A stretch of 33,845 nt of DNA. Source: a virus. Its lineage: Duplodnaviria; Caudoviricetes. The translations under genes were made by a program, and so were the position numbers. Shown here piece after piece: positions 6,388 through 16,004 of this stretch. The stretch is taken from positions 1 through 33,845 of the IMG/VR virus record IMGVR_UViG_3300037634_004381. One strand, 5' to 3'. Position 1 is the stretch's first letter. Each line of letters begins with the position of its first letter. Below the pieces are notes generated by a model. The model was given only the letters and a program-made list of their open reading frames with translations, ran no database searches and had not been told where the DNA came from.

Positions 6388-7956
6388 ATCAACAAGGAAG
6401 ATTTGCTTGAGCTTAAACTTGAGAAAGTTAAGCTTATGGAAGAAAGGATTCGTCTTAAAGAAGGTTTACCTTTTAAGTATGGGTTCAAGAAATATAAATG
6501 GCAAAGTAGCTATTGTGATTCCAAAAAATCAAGACACCGTTTAATTTGTGCTGCTAACCAGATTGGTAAGTCTACAATTCAAATTTGTGATAGAATTGAT
6601 GTTGCTACTTCACCTGATCTTTGGCCTAAGCTATGGCCTAGACAGTTTAAGTACGGGACTGCGGTAAAACCCTTTAGTTGGTATCTGTATCCTAATCAAG
6701 ACACGGTTATGTCCGAGTTTGTTGAGAAGTGGGTTCCTTACTATCTTCCTAGAGGAGAGTTTAAGGATCATCCAATTTTCGGTTGGAAAGAACAAATAAC
6801 TAATAAGGTTCTTAAGCATATTACTTTTAATAGTGGTTGGAGGATCTATTTCAAAACATACGGGCAAAACGTACAAGATCTCCAGTCAGGAACGGTATGG
6901 GCGATTGACTGTGATGAAGAATTACCTGAAGATCTTTTATCGGAACTTGAAGCTAGGCTGTTTGCTACTGATGGTTATTTTTCTATGGCGTTTACAGCAA
7001 CACTTGGACAAGAAATTTGGAGAAAAGCAATAGAAGGTGAAGGGGATGATGAGATTTATCCTGACGCTTGGAAAAAACAGATCAGTATGTTTGATTGCTT
7101 AACTTATGGTGACGGAACAGAAACCCCTTGGACTAAAGATAGGATTGAACAAATCATTAGAGGATGTAAAAGTTCCAATGAAGTTAAGAGAAGAGTCTAT
7201 GGGAAGTTTGTTGTTGACTCTGGATTGAAGTATCCGGGATTCACAAGAGAATTAAACTACGTAAAAAGACCTACAAACAAGGACGGCATAGCTTTTACCG
7301 GACCACCGAAAGGTTGGTCAGTGTATTCTGCTGTAGATGTTGGTAGTGGAGGTAAACATAACCATCCTGCTGCTTATATTTTCCTTGCTGCCAACGCTGA
7401 ACTTACTAAAATTCGAGCATTTAAAGGTAGAAGACTAGATGGAATAGAAACAACTGCAGGTGATATTCTTAAATACTACACTACAGATAAAGGTTCTATC
7501 CAAACCGCGGTACAAGCATATGATTCTGCGGCAAAAGACTTCGGCACAATTACATCAAGAATGGGACTTGGGTTCATTAAAGCAAAGAAAGATCATGCAA
7601 TCGGTGAATTAGCACTGAATACTGCCTTTAAATCGGGTATATTAAAGATATATAAAGATGATGAAGAAATGATTAAATTGGTCCGAGAATTGGAGACTTT
7701 GCTCATTACAACTGCCAAAAACAAGTCAAAAGATGATTTTATTGATGCTTTAAGATACGCTCTGATGGAGATTCCTATAGATTGGGAGCAAGTTTTAGAG
7801 AACGGCGAGATAAAAATAGAGAAAAAATCAAGTTTACCAGACCCAAAAGATAGGAGAGCGATGTATGACTACTGGGAAAGCGAAGAATATAGGCAAGAAA
7901 ACGAAAACGAAATCGAAGACGAACTCAGTTTCTGGGGGAATCTGTACAGCGAGTGA
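6388..7956 (+). CDS. terL: Terminase large subunit (start uncertain: ATC 6388, TTG 6403 or ATG 6436)
   Basis: Walker A AANQIGKST, Walker B AIDCDEE, coupling motif FTAT, RNase-H-like AVDVG and DDFIDALRY. Confidence 0.95.
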   Translation: MNKEDLLELKLEKVKLMEERIRLKEGLPFKYGFKKYKWQSSYCDSKKSRHRLICAANQIGKSTIQICDRIDVATSPDLWPKLWPRQFKYGTAVKPFSWYLYPNQDTVMSEFVEKWVPYYLPRGEFKDHPIFGWKEQITNKVLKHITFNSGWRIYFKTYGQNVQDLQSGTVWAIDCDEELPEDLLSELEARLFATDGYFSMAFTATLGQEIWRKAIEGEGDDEIYPDAWKKQISMFDCLTYGDGTETPWTKDRIEQIIRGCKSSNEVKRRVYGKFVVDSGLKYPGFTRELNYVKRPTNKDGIAFTGPPKGWSVYSAVDVGSGGKHNHPAAYIFLAANAELTKIRAFKGRRLDGIETTAGDILKYYTTDKGSIQTAVQAYDSAAKDFGTITSRMGLGFIKAKKDHAIGELALNTAFKSGILKIYKDDEEMIKLVRELETLLITTAKNKSKDDFIDALRYALMEIPIDWEQVLENGEIKIEKKSSLPDPKDRRAMYDYWESEEYRQENENEIEDELSFWGNLYSE

Positions 7957-8233
7957 GGTTTGCAAGATTATAAAGGTTTGTAAAGACTCTGGAGTGGATA
8001 CTTTTTCTTTCAATGGGTTAGAACTTAGCTTTAATAGTAAGCCGAAGATGGAAGTTTCTGCCAGTCAACCGGTAATAGTTGCACACCAAGAAGAAATGGG
8101 TGATAATATTACTGATTATACTGATAAGAAAGAGTCTGCAGAAGTTTTATTAAGTAATATGGAAGAGATGAAAATCATTGATCCATTGGCTTACGAGAAA
8201 TTTCTACAAGAAGAGGACGTAACTCATGCCTAA
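7865..8233 (+). CDS. Hypothetical protein overlapping the terL 3' end
   Basis: AGGAG SD 8 nt before ATG 7865; ends overlapping the portal start (ATGCCTAA). Confidence 0.7.
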   Translation: MTTGKAKNIGKKTKTKSKTNSVSGGICTASEVCKIIKVCKDSGVDTFSFNGLELSFNSKPKMEVSASQPVIVAHQEEMGDNITDYTDKKESAEVLLSNMEEMKIIDPLAYEKFLQEEDVTHA

Positions 8234-10298
8234 ATTTACATTAGATAAATTAAATCGAATGTATCGTAATTCGAAACATTGCGATGAGAGAACATTTGCA
8301 GAACAAAGAACAAATATACTCTTAAGATCAGGTGATCACTATAATAGAAAAGCTAAAAGCACTGATGATTTAAGATCCAAAGGAAGTGTCAACAGACAAG
8401 AAAAAATCCGTTTGGTTAAGAACCATATTCACAGAATTACCAATCTATTTATCAACTCCATTCTGGAGGGAAATCCTTCTATCGAAGCAACCCCTTTTAA
8501 TGATAATGAATTGTCAGATGTTAAGAACGCAGAGATGAGTAACTCAGTTTTACGTTGGGTGAAAGATACTAATGACTGGAGTCGGAAGCAAGAAAAACTT
8601 GTTCATGACTTTATTGTTATTGGAGAGACTTGGGCGAAGATAAGATTCGATTATAATAAGGGTCCAATTGTTGCTCAAGATGAAAAGGGCGAACCGGTTA
8701 GGGCCGGAGAGTTTGTTATCGACCGAGTGTTTGCTTTTGATTTAAAAAGAGATCCAACTGCTAGAGAGGCATCTGAATGCCAGTGGTGGATTCACGAACA
8801 AATGGTAGACATTGATGAGTTAAAAGATACTGTAAAAAAATTATCTCCAGAGAATGTTGAGAAGCTAACACCAAGTGTGGCAAAAGCTAATTATAAAATA
8901 TTTGATGGTAACTCAGGATCTTATGGTGACATGAAAAATCAAGTTGCTGTAAGAGAACTTTTTTACAAACCTAGTTCAAGATATCCTAAGGGTTATTTTG
9001 TAATGTTTGTTGATGAGTTTATTATAACAGAGGGTGAACTTCCGTTTGGGATATTCCCTTTGGTAGGAGAAGGTTTTGACGAGATGACTACATCTCCGAG
9101 ACATACTTCTATTATTAAAGTTTGTAGACCGTACCAAGTTGAAATAAACAGAGCTTCAAGTAAGCAAGCTGAACATCAAATCACTTTAGGTGATGATAAG
9201 GTGTTTATTCAGAAGGGTACTAAATTAAGTTCAGGAGGTTTGTTAAATGGAGTTAGGGCCATACAATATACTGGGGCTATGCCTATTATTCAGCCCGGCC
9301 GTACTGGTGAGCATTTGGCTCCTTACGGACAAGCGCAAGTTGCAGAGATGTACGAAGCGTGTGGACTTTCGTCGATACTAGAAGATAAAGTTCCTCAAGC
9401 AGGAGATCCTTTCCAGTTGCTTTTCAGATCAATGAAGGAAAAGAAAAGATTTGTTAAGTATGTTGGTAAGTATGAAAGGTTTGAAGTTGATCTATTCAGC
9501 AAAGTTATCCAGATGGCCAAAGCTTATTTAGATGACGGACATATGATAAAGATTGCGGGTAGAAGTGAAGCAGTAAATATTCCAGAGTTTAGACGAATGG
9601 ATGATTCTGGTTTTCAAATTAAAGTTATTCCTCAGTCAGGTGATGTTGAAACCAAGTTTGGTAAAATACTTTCACTTACTCAGGTTATGCAATATGCAGG
9701 AAGTTCTTTAAGTCCTGATCAACTTGGTAATGTCATAAGAGAATTACCTACAGGTAATAAAGAACAAGCGTTCTCTAGTCTAACTGCAGACAGCGATAAC
9801 GCTAAGAACGATATACTAGCGATGGACAGAGGTGAACCCGTGCCAATTAATCCGCACGACAATCACCAGTTTTATATCCAGTCGCTTACTCATAGAATTA
9901 AAAAATCAGACTTTAGATTTCTTGAGCCGCAAGTTCAAGATCTTTATTTTCAAAAGCTTGCCCAGCATGAACTTGCTTTACAGCAACAACAGCAAGCTAT
10001 CCAACAACAGAGTATGGGAATGATTCCATCAGGAGGTTTCTTAACTACGGTTAATGCTTCTTGGAACAATCCTGCCACAGGCAGAGTTGAAAGAATCAAA
10101 GTTCCTTCAGAAGCTGTTAAATGGTTAGTGGACAAGCTAAACGGTCAAGGAGCTTTTGCTTCTCAGATGGCTGCATTACCACCGCAATCACAAGCAAATG
10201 TTGCGGGCGGAGCACCTGAAGAAGAAAGTTCTTTACCACCAATATCTCAGTCGCAAACTGAGGGCGCAACAACTGCGGCCGTAAGCCAAGGAGAATAG
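8226..10298 (+). CDS. Portal protein (P22-like size)
   Basis: 690 aa between terL and scaffold; LVKNHIHRITN, DFIVIGETW, LPFGIFPLV segments and a Q-rich C-terminal helix are typical of podovirus portals. Confidence 0.88.
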   Translation: MPKFTLDKLNRMYRNSKHCDERTFAEQRTNILLRSGDHYNRKAKSTDDLRSKGSVNRQEKIRLVKNHIHRITNLFINSILEGNPSIEATPFNDNELSDVKNAEMSNSVLRWVKDTNDWSRKQEKLVHDFIVIGETWAKIRFDYNKGPIVAQDEKGEPVRAGEFVIDRVFAFDLKRDPTAREASECQWWIHEQMVDIDELKDTVKKLSPENVEKLTPSVAKANYKIFDGNSGSYGDMKNQVAVRELFYKPSSRYPKGYFVMFVDEFIITEGELPFGIFPLVGEGFDEMTTSPRHTSIIKVCRPYQVEINRASSKQAEHQITLGDDKVFIQKGTKLSSGGLLNGVRAIQYTGAMPIIQPGRTGEHLAPYGQAQVAEMYEACGLSSILEDKVPQAGDPFQLLFRSMKEKKRFVKYVGKYERFEVDLFSKVIQMAKAYLDDGHMIKIAGRSEAVNIPEFRRMDDSGFQIKVIPQSGDVETKFGKILSLTQVMQYAGSSLSPDQLGNVIRELPTGNKEQAFSSLTADSDNAKNDILAMDRGEPVPINPHDNHQFYIQSLTHRIKKSDFRFLEPQVQDLYFQKLAQHELALQQQQQAIQQQSMGMIPSGGFLTTVNASWNNPATGRVERIKVPSEAVKWLVDKLNGQGAFASQMAALPPQSQANVAGGAPEEESSLPPISQSQTEGATTAAVSQGE

Positions 10299-10299
10299 A

Positions 10300-11232
10300 A
10301 TGAGCGAAGAAGAATTAGTAGAAACCGAAGTAGAAGAAACATTAGATGCTGTTGCTGAAGAGGACCATTCAGCAGAGGCGGGTGAAGCCGAATCTCAAGC
10401 AGAAGAAGTTTCAGAGTACACACCTGACTTTACGTATAAAGTTAAAGATGAAGAGTTTGAGTTCGATGACTTTCTTAAAAACAGTTTAACTTCCTCGGAG
10501 CAAGAAGAAGCTTTAAGAGATCTTTACACAAGATCACGTGGTTTGGATGGCTATAAGGAAAGACTTACTGGTAAAGAGAAAGAGTATAATGAACTTATGG
10601 GTGAAACCAACCTTTATGTTGATGGTTACAAGAATCTAAAGAGACACGTTACCTCTGGTAATGAGACAGGAGACTTGAGGGACATTCAAGTTGCTCTTGG
10701 AATGGATGAAGATGCAATCATTAAATATGCAGGAAAACTTTTAAAGGAGAGGGATCTCCCTGAACATGAAAAAACTTTATTACATGAGAACAGGAGCCTT
10801 AAAGAAAAGTTGAATTCTGTTGAAAGCAGAATGGGACAATTTGAAAGTGAAAGTCAAGATGTCAAACAACAACAGTTTGTATCTGCAATTCAAACTTCTG
10901 TACAACAACATCCTGAAGGGATGAAGTTAAATGAAGTAATGAATTCTGTAGGTAAAAACATGATGGAGGAATTGTACCACTTAGGTGATAAAATGAACAA
11001 CGCAGGTTTAAAACCTAGAGTAGGTGATGTGGTTAACAAATTAGTTGAAGATCACAGATATTTACTAGAGTTTGAAAACCTTAGAAATAATAAACAACAA
11101 CAACAAGTATCAGAACCTGATATTGCTAATAAACCCACTCTTCCAACTGTTAAAGGTAATAATGCCGCAGCAGTCAAAAAAGAGATTAGCTCCCTTGCGG
11201 ATCTTAGGGCATTAGCAAGATCTATGGGCTGA
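10300..11232 (+). CDS. Capsid scaffolding protein
   Basis: Very acidic N-terminus, coiled coil, YKVKDEEFE, position between portal and capsid. Confidence 0.75.
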   Translation: MSEEELVETEVEETLDAVAEEDHSAEAGEAESQAEEVSEYTPDFTYKVKDEEFEFDDFLKNSLTSSEQEEALRDLYTRSRGLDGYKERLTGKEKEYNELMGETNLYVDGYKNLKRHVTSGNETGDLRDIQVALGMDEDAIIKYAGKLLKERDLPEHEKTLLHENRSLKEKLNSVESRMGQFESESQDVKQQQFVSAIQTSVQQHPEGMKLNEVMNSVGKNMMEELYHLGDKMNNAGLKPRVGDVVNKLVEDHRYLLEFENLRNNKQQQQVSEPDIANKPTLPTVKGNNAAAVKKEISSLADLRALARSMG

Positions 11233-11249
11233 TAAAATAGGAGAATAAA

Positions 11250-12518
11250 ATGGCAACAGATAACAAATATTCAGGTGCAGCGGCCCTGAATAATATGCTC
11301 AAGGACTATATGCCGTACAAGCTATTGTCTGATGAGATTATTAAAAGAGATTACTTTCTCTCTACTGTAGAGAAGGATTCAAAATGGAAAGGTGGAGAAT
11401 TGCAAGTACCGTTTCTAGGTGCAAACGCTAGTTCAATATCCTTAGGTAGCTTAACTGGATCTTCCGATATTGCTGATGATGATTTCATCAGAGGTACAGT
11501 ATCAAACTACGCCGAACTTTGGGGAACTATGCAATTCCACCAAAGAGACTTAGATTCTATGTCTGGTGGTGAAGGTGCTTTCGTTGATCTTATTGGTGAC
11601 AGAATTGAAGTATTCGCTCAAACAATGAAAGAAGCATTATCACAACAACTTTTAAATGGCGCACATATTGACGCAGTTTCTGGGGCAGGTGGCGCAGCCG
11701 GAGTTTGCTCAATAACTAGACCAGAACTTTTTCAAGTTGGTCAGAAGGTTGTAGTAGATCAAGGAGCGACAGGGCAAGCTTACTATGTTGTAGCAGTTAA
11801 TTTATCTGATAATGAAATTACTCTTTCTGATAGTAGAGGCGGAGCTGGGGCTGATGTATCTGCAGAAATAGCTGATGGGGATAAGATTTACCACCCGGGA
11901 GCTATTGATACAGGCGATGGGTCTATACAAAATACGTTCACATCTCTTCCAGATCAATTACTTTCATCTGATAATGAGGGATCGACCCTCTTATTTGGTC
12001 GAAATAAAGCAACTTATCCACACCTTCAAGCATTCAATATTACAGGTAACGGTGCTTTTTCTAGTGGTGTTAGAGCTAACAAAGTTGCACTTGCAAAAAT
12101 CTTTGATGCTCAAACTACTGTTAGAAGATTAGGTAGAGGTAATCCTACTGAAGCTATTATGAGTTATGCAAACTACAGTTGTTGTATGCAAGAGCTAGAG
12201 CTAGGTAGGGAATACCAAGCTGATGTTAAAAACGGTAATGCTTTCGGTTGGTCTGAAATTCAGGTCACTGGTGTTAAAGGATCGCTTAAATTAGTAGCTG
12301 TTCCCGAAATGACAGATGAAAATATTCTTGTTCTTGATAAGTCTTCAATGAAGTTACATAGTGACGGATTTATTGAAAGAAGAACTGCTCCTGATGGGAA
12401 GCAATTCTACGAAACAAGAGAACCTGAGGGTTATAAATATATTGTTGATCATAGATTCTATGGTGACTTGGTAGTTAATAAGCCAAGTAACAACGCTATT
12501 ATTCATAGCTGTTCTTAA
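11250..12518 (+). CDS. Major capsid protein with an inserted beta domain
   Basis: 422 aa after scaffold, strong AGGAG SD, followed by a terminator; C-terminal FYGDLVVNKPSNNAII is typical of HK97-fold capsid proteins. Confidence 0.88.
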   Translation: MATDNKYSGAAALNNMLKDYMPYKLLSDEIIKRDYFLSTVEKDSKWKGGELQVPFLGANASSISLGSLTGSSDIADDDFIRGTVSNYAELWGTMQFHQRDLDSMSGGEGAFVDLIGDRIEVFAQTMKEALSQQLLNGAHIDAVSGAGGAAGVCSITRPELFQVGQKVVVDQGATGQAYYVVAVNLSDNEITLSDSRGGAGADVSAEIADGDKIYHPGAIDTGDGSIQNTFTSLPDQLLSSDNEGSTLLFGRNKATYPHLQAFNITGNGAFSSGVRANKVALAKIFDAQTTVRRLGRGNPTEAIMSYANYSCCMQELELGREYQADVKNGNAFGWSEIQVTGVKGSLKLVAVPEMTDENILVLDKSSMKLHSDGFIERRTAPDGKQFYETREPEGYKYIVDHRFYGDLVVNKPSNNAIIHSCS

Positions 12519-12527
12519 TTAGTTTAC

Positions 12528-12553
12528 AGGGAGGGCTTCGGCCCTCTCTTTTT
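12528..12553 (+). terminator. Rho-independent terminator
   Basis: AGGGAGGGC-TTCG-GCCCTCTCT stem-loop followed by a T run, directly after the capsid gene. Confidence 0.9.
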
Positions 12554-12564
12554 ATGAGGTATTA

Positions 12565-15495
12565 ATGGCGTTTAGAGCTAGTAATCATAAAGTATTAGAT
12601 TGGACAAGATACGATAATAGTGGAACTTTAATAAAGGTTGTTCGTACTTTCAATTCAGAGAACTTAGTTGCAGATGAATATAAATCTTTAACAGGTTCTA
12701 AAGCAGGAGATCCTTCTCTTTACATAACATATGTATACGATGCTAGGGGTAACATCCTTGCTGAGAATAAAGAGATCAGAGAATGGACAGCGACACAAGA
12801 AACAGCATATAACTCAGCATCGGAAACAGACATTGATTCAGCAGCGGATGAAGTAGCTGCTCTTACGAAAACACAATACTCAACAGATACTGCAAACGTT
12901 CAATATTGGCTCGGCCTAGAAGCCGATGGTCAATTAACGAAAACACATATAGGAACAGCCACATCAACAAAACAAATATTTCACTATGCATTGCCAACTA
13001 CGGCAGCAGGTGAAGAGTGCCTACAAAGAATACATCATATTGATTCTAGTGTAATTGTCTCTAAGATAGATGTATTAGGAACATGGTCTTCAGCAATGGA
13101 AACTCTTGCGATACCGGCCATAAGTGATATCACTCTAAGTGCTGCGGTTACAGTAGAAGATCAAGCTGTGGGAGAAGACATAGGAACATTAGCAGGAGCT
13201 GGCTCGAATCCCGGACATGGCACTATTACTTGGACATTGACATCGACAACATTGTCAGGTGACAAGTTAAGAATAGATGGGGATAAATTAGAAGTAGGCC
13301 CTAATCAAATAGGATCGGCTGATGCAGGAACCTATAATGCGGTTATAAAAGGAACAGATGAACTAGGTGGTTCTAGAGAAGAAACGTTTACAATAACAGT
13401 AACCTCAAACGACATTACAGATATAGCATTAAGTGCTGCAAGCATTAACTACGGTGATGCCGCAGACACAGCAATAGGAACATTAAGTTTTACAGGTGGA
13501 GTTGGTACAGTAACTCCTACGATTACTTCTAATGGAGGTATGACTAATCTCAGATTAGATGGGAATGTATTAGAAGCAGGGCCTTCTTTTATGAATACAG
13601 CTGCCGGAACTTATACAGTAAGAATCACCGTAACTGATCAAGCATCTACTCCACAAACTTATTATGAAGATTTTACAATTACAGTTGTTAGTACAGCGAT
13701 TACAGATATAGCATTAAGTGCATTAATAATATACGATGATTCTTTAGAGGGTGCTGATATTGGAAACCTTACCTGTTCAGGTGGAGTAGGTGATGTTGAC
13801 TACACAATCACAAGTAATGGAGGTTTAGACAACTTAAAGATTACAGATACAGGAACATCAACTGGATTACTTGAAGTTGACACTGGTGGAATCGTAGATG
13901 CGGTTGGAACTTATACTGTTCGAATAACAGCAAACGATGAAGCATCTCAAACATATTATGAAGATTTTGATATAGAAGTTGCAGTAAGTTTCACAAACAC
14001 TAAATTTTTAAACTTTGATACTCAAACATCAAATGAATATATTGATTTAGGTGGTAAAACTGACTTTGATGATAGTGATGACTTCTTCTTTAGAAGGACA
14101 AACGACGATTATACTATAAGTTGGTGGATGAGATTGCCAGAATCTACAGCAGTTTACACTGATGGCTCATCAACTGATCATAAACATATTTTTAGCTCAT
14201 TTGACGGATCGTTTACAAATGGTATTGCAGGATACTTTGACGGTTCTGATTTTGTATTCTTTATAGCAAAGGATGATAGTAATTACGGAGAATTTAAAGT
14301 TGCTAGTGTAACAGGGTGGCAAGATAATACTTGGGCACATTATGCTATCACATACGATGCATCTGCTAAAGTAGCTGCGGGAGAAGGATCTAGTACTGGT
14401 ATTGTTATATATAAAGATGAGGTATCTCAAGCTATTGTAGCCGGAGATACGGGTACATGGTTAGATTCTGACTATGAAGCTGATAATACAACAAAAAACT
14501 TTAGATTTGGCTATCCTGATTATACTGAAGACGATTGGACTAATCCAATAATGGCAATAAATGATATTGCTATATGGAAATCTGCTTTATCATCTGGTGA
14601 TATATCTACAATTTACAATAGTGGTACTCCTATTACAGTAGAGGGAATAGATGACAGTAATTTAAAACGATGTTATCGATTTGAGGACGGTGACGGAACA
14701 GACTCTGCAGGAAATTATACTGCTACAATTGGTTCAGCTGCAACGGTACTAGAACATTATGAAAATACAAAATATCTTGCATGCCCAGCAACCGATTTCA
14801 ACAACAGACTTGAAACATCAAATATCACAACATCAACTCCAATTATTAGGTCAGATAAAAGCTGGACAGTTTCTTTTTGGTACAAAGGGACAGATACGGT
14901 CGGTGCCTTTTGTGGAAATGATATCTGGTTCCGAGTGTTACAGTATAGCGGTAGGCTTACATTATTCCCCGCAAATACGTCATATGGTGGTTATAACGAG
15001 TTGATTGATGGTAATTGGCATCATGTAGTCCTGACATTTCTCGAAGCCGAGACTACATCCACAACTTGGGATTGTGATGCTCATTCCACGGACGAGTCAA
15101 CTTCTGGACTCAGTTGCTATATAGATGGCGTACACAAACCAAGAGTTTCAGGAGCAACCACAAGCTCGGTGAGTCTTAATAATATTACTCATCCATGGCG
15201 CTGGATTAGTGCATCGAATTGGCACTCTCAACAAGGCGACTATGACGGTTTAGCGATTTTCAATGAACATAAAACAGGCGCAGCAATACTTGGAATGTAT
15301 AACGAGGGACATGGTACAAACTTAAGTAATGACTCAAGTTGTATAGTTTTTATTAATGTAGGTTCTTCAGACAGCAATGGAGCGCAGGATGATTCAGTTG
15401 TATTAACAAACAATGGTAATGACCCATCAAATACTTACGTTACAACAGTAGTTGATGGAACCAATGCTGACACAATAGTAGTTACAGAATATTAG
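12565..15495 (+). CDS. Virion adhesin or decoration protein: duplicated N-domain, 3 cadherin-like and 2 LamG domains
   Basis: Three ~95-aa units I(S/T)DI(T/A)LSA...IG(T/N)L...GTY...F(T/D)I(T/E)V; LamG motifs YTISWW/WAHYAITYD/DIAIWKSALS and WTVSFW/WHHVVLTF/LAIFN. Confidence 0.85.
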   Translation: MAFRASNHKVLDWTRYDNSGTLIKVVRTFNSENLVADEYKSLTGSKAGDPSLYITYVYDARGNILAENKEIREWTATQETAYNSASETDIDSAADEVAALTKTQYSTDTANVQYWLGLEADGQLTKTHIGTATSTKQIFHYALPTTAAGEECLQRIHHIDSSVIVSKIDVLGTWSSAMETLAIPAISDITLSAAVTVEDQAVGEDIGTLAGAGSNPGHGTITWTLTSTTLSGDKLRIDGDKLEVGPNQIGSADAGTYNAVIKGTDELGGSREETFTITVTSNDITDIALSAASINYGDAADTAIGTLSFTGGVGTVTPTITSNGGMTNLRLDGNVLEAGPSFMNTAAGTYTVRITVTDQASTPQTYYEDFTITVVSTAITDIALSALIIYDDSLEGADIGNLTCSGGVGDVDYTITSNGGLDNLKITDTGTSTGLLEVDTGGIVDAVGTYTVRITANDEASQTYYEDFDIEVAVSFTNTKFLNFDTQTSNEYIDLGGKTDFDDSDDFFFRRTNDDYTISWWMRLPESTAVYTDGSSTDHKHIFSSFDGSFTNGIAGYFDGSDFVFFIAKDDSNYGEFKVASVTGWQDNTWAHYAITYDASAKVAAGEGSSTGIVIYKDEVSQAIVAGDTGTWLDSDYEADNTTKNFRFGYPDYTEDDWTNPIMAINDIAIWKSALSSGDISTIYNSGTPITVEGIDDSNLKRCYRFEDGDGTDSAGNYTATIGSAATVLEHYENTKYLACPATDFNNRLETSNITTSTPIIRSDKSWTVSFWYKGTDTVGAFCGNDIWFRVLQYSGRLTLFPANTSYGGYNELIDGNWHHVVLTFLEAETTSTTWDCDAHSTDESTSGLSCYIDGVHKPRVSGATTSSVSLNNITHPWRWISASNWHSQQGDYDGLAIFNEHKTGAAILGMYNEGHGTNLSNDSSCIVFINVGSSDSNGAQDDSVVLTNNGNDPSNTYVTTVVDGTNADTIVVTEY
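13414..13721 (+). repeat. 23-bp exact repeat at cadherin-unit starts
   Basis: ATTACAGATATAGCATTAAGTGC at 13414 and 13699. Confidence 0.85.
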
Positions 15496-15503
15496 AGGTA
15501 AAT

Positions 15504-15785
15504 ATGATTGAAGTAAAAACAGACATGGATAAATTAAAAGAGTTTTGTATTGAGCGGTTAAACCACAAGAACCCAAAAATATGTGCAGGTGACTGCGAAG
15601 TTGGTTACGGTGATTTTCTTAAGCAAAACAATCCAGACAAATTACAAGAGGAATTAAACTCGTTTATTTTTAAGCTTAAAGAAGCAGGTGTACTTGATTT
15701 AACTCCTGCAACAGATCCAAAAAACCAATATTATTTTACGAAGAAGACTGAAGCTCATATGAGTTTATTAAAGTATATAGACTAG
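15504..15785 (+). CDS. Hypothetical protein
   Basis: 93-aa ORF with GAGGT SD. Confidence 0.75.
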   Translation: MIEVKTDMDKLKEFCIERLNHKNPKICAGDCEVGYGDFLKQNNPDKLQEELNSFIFKLKEAGVLDLTPATDPKNQYYFTKKTEAHMSLLKYID

Positions 15786-15791
15786 GTAATT

Positions 15792-15992
15792 ATGAATACT
15801 AAAGCGATTATTACAAGTTTAGTTACCGCAGCGATTATAGCTATGGTTTCTGTAGTAGGAGCTAACTATTCGGAGATAGGTAAGCTAGGTGAAAGAGATA
15901 GGTCTACAGAGGCTTCTCTTAAAAGAATAGAGGATAAAGTGGACAATATTCACCGGTTCCTTCTGGAACGTAATGATGATAAGATATTATAA
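15792..15992 (+). CDS. Holin-like single-TM protein
   Basis: N-terminal TM (AIITSLVTAAIIAMVSVVGA) plus coiled coil LKRIEDKVD. Confidence 0.55.
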   Translation: MNTKAIITSLVTAAIIAMVSVVGANYSEIGKLGERDRSTEASLKRIEDKVDNIHRFLLERNDDKIL

Positions 15993-16004
15993 AGAGAGGA
16001 TTAT

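Noticed and set aside
9981-10008. CAA/CAG run as a contingency repeat
   Set aside because: Mixed codons encoding the usual Q-rich portal helix.
12490-12565. Capsid frameshift extension into the cadherin/LamG gene
   Set aside because: No slippery heptamer; TAA stop, a terminator and a separate GAGGT SD.
13195-13220. tRNA T-arm-like GGCTCGAATCCC
   Set aside because: Inside a long CDS, with no acceptor or anticodon arms.
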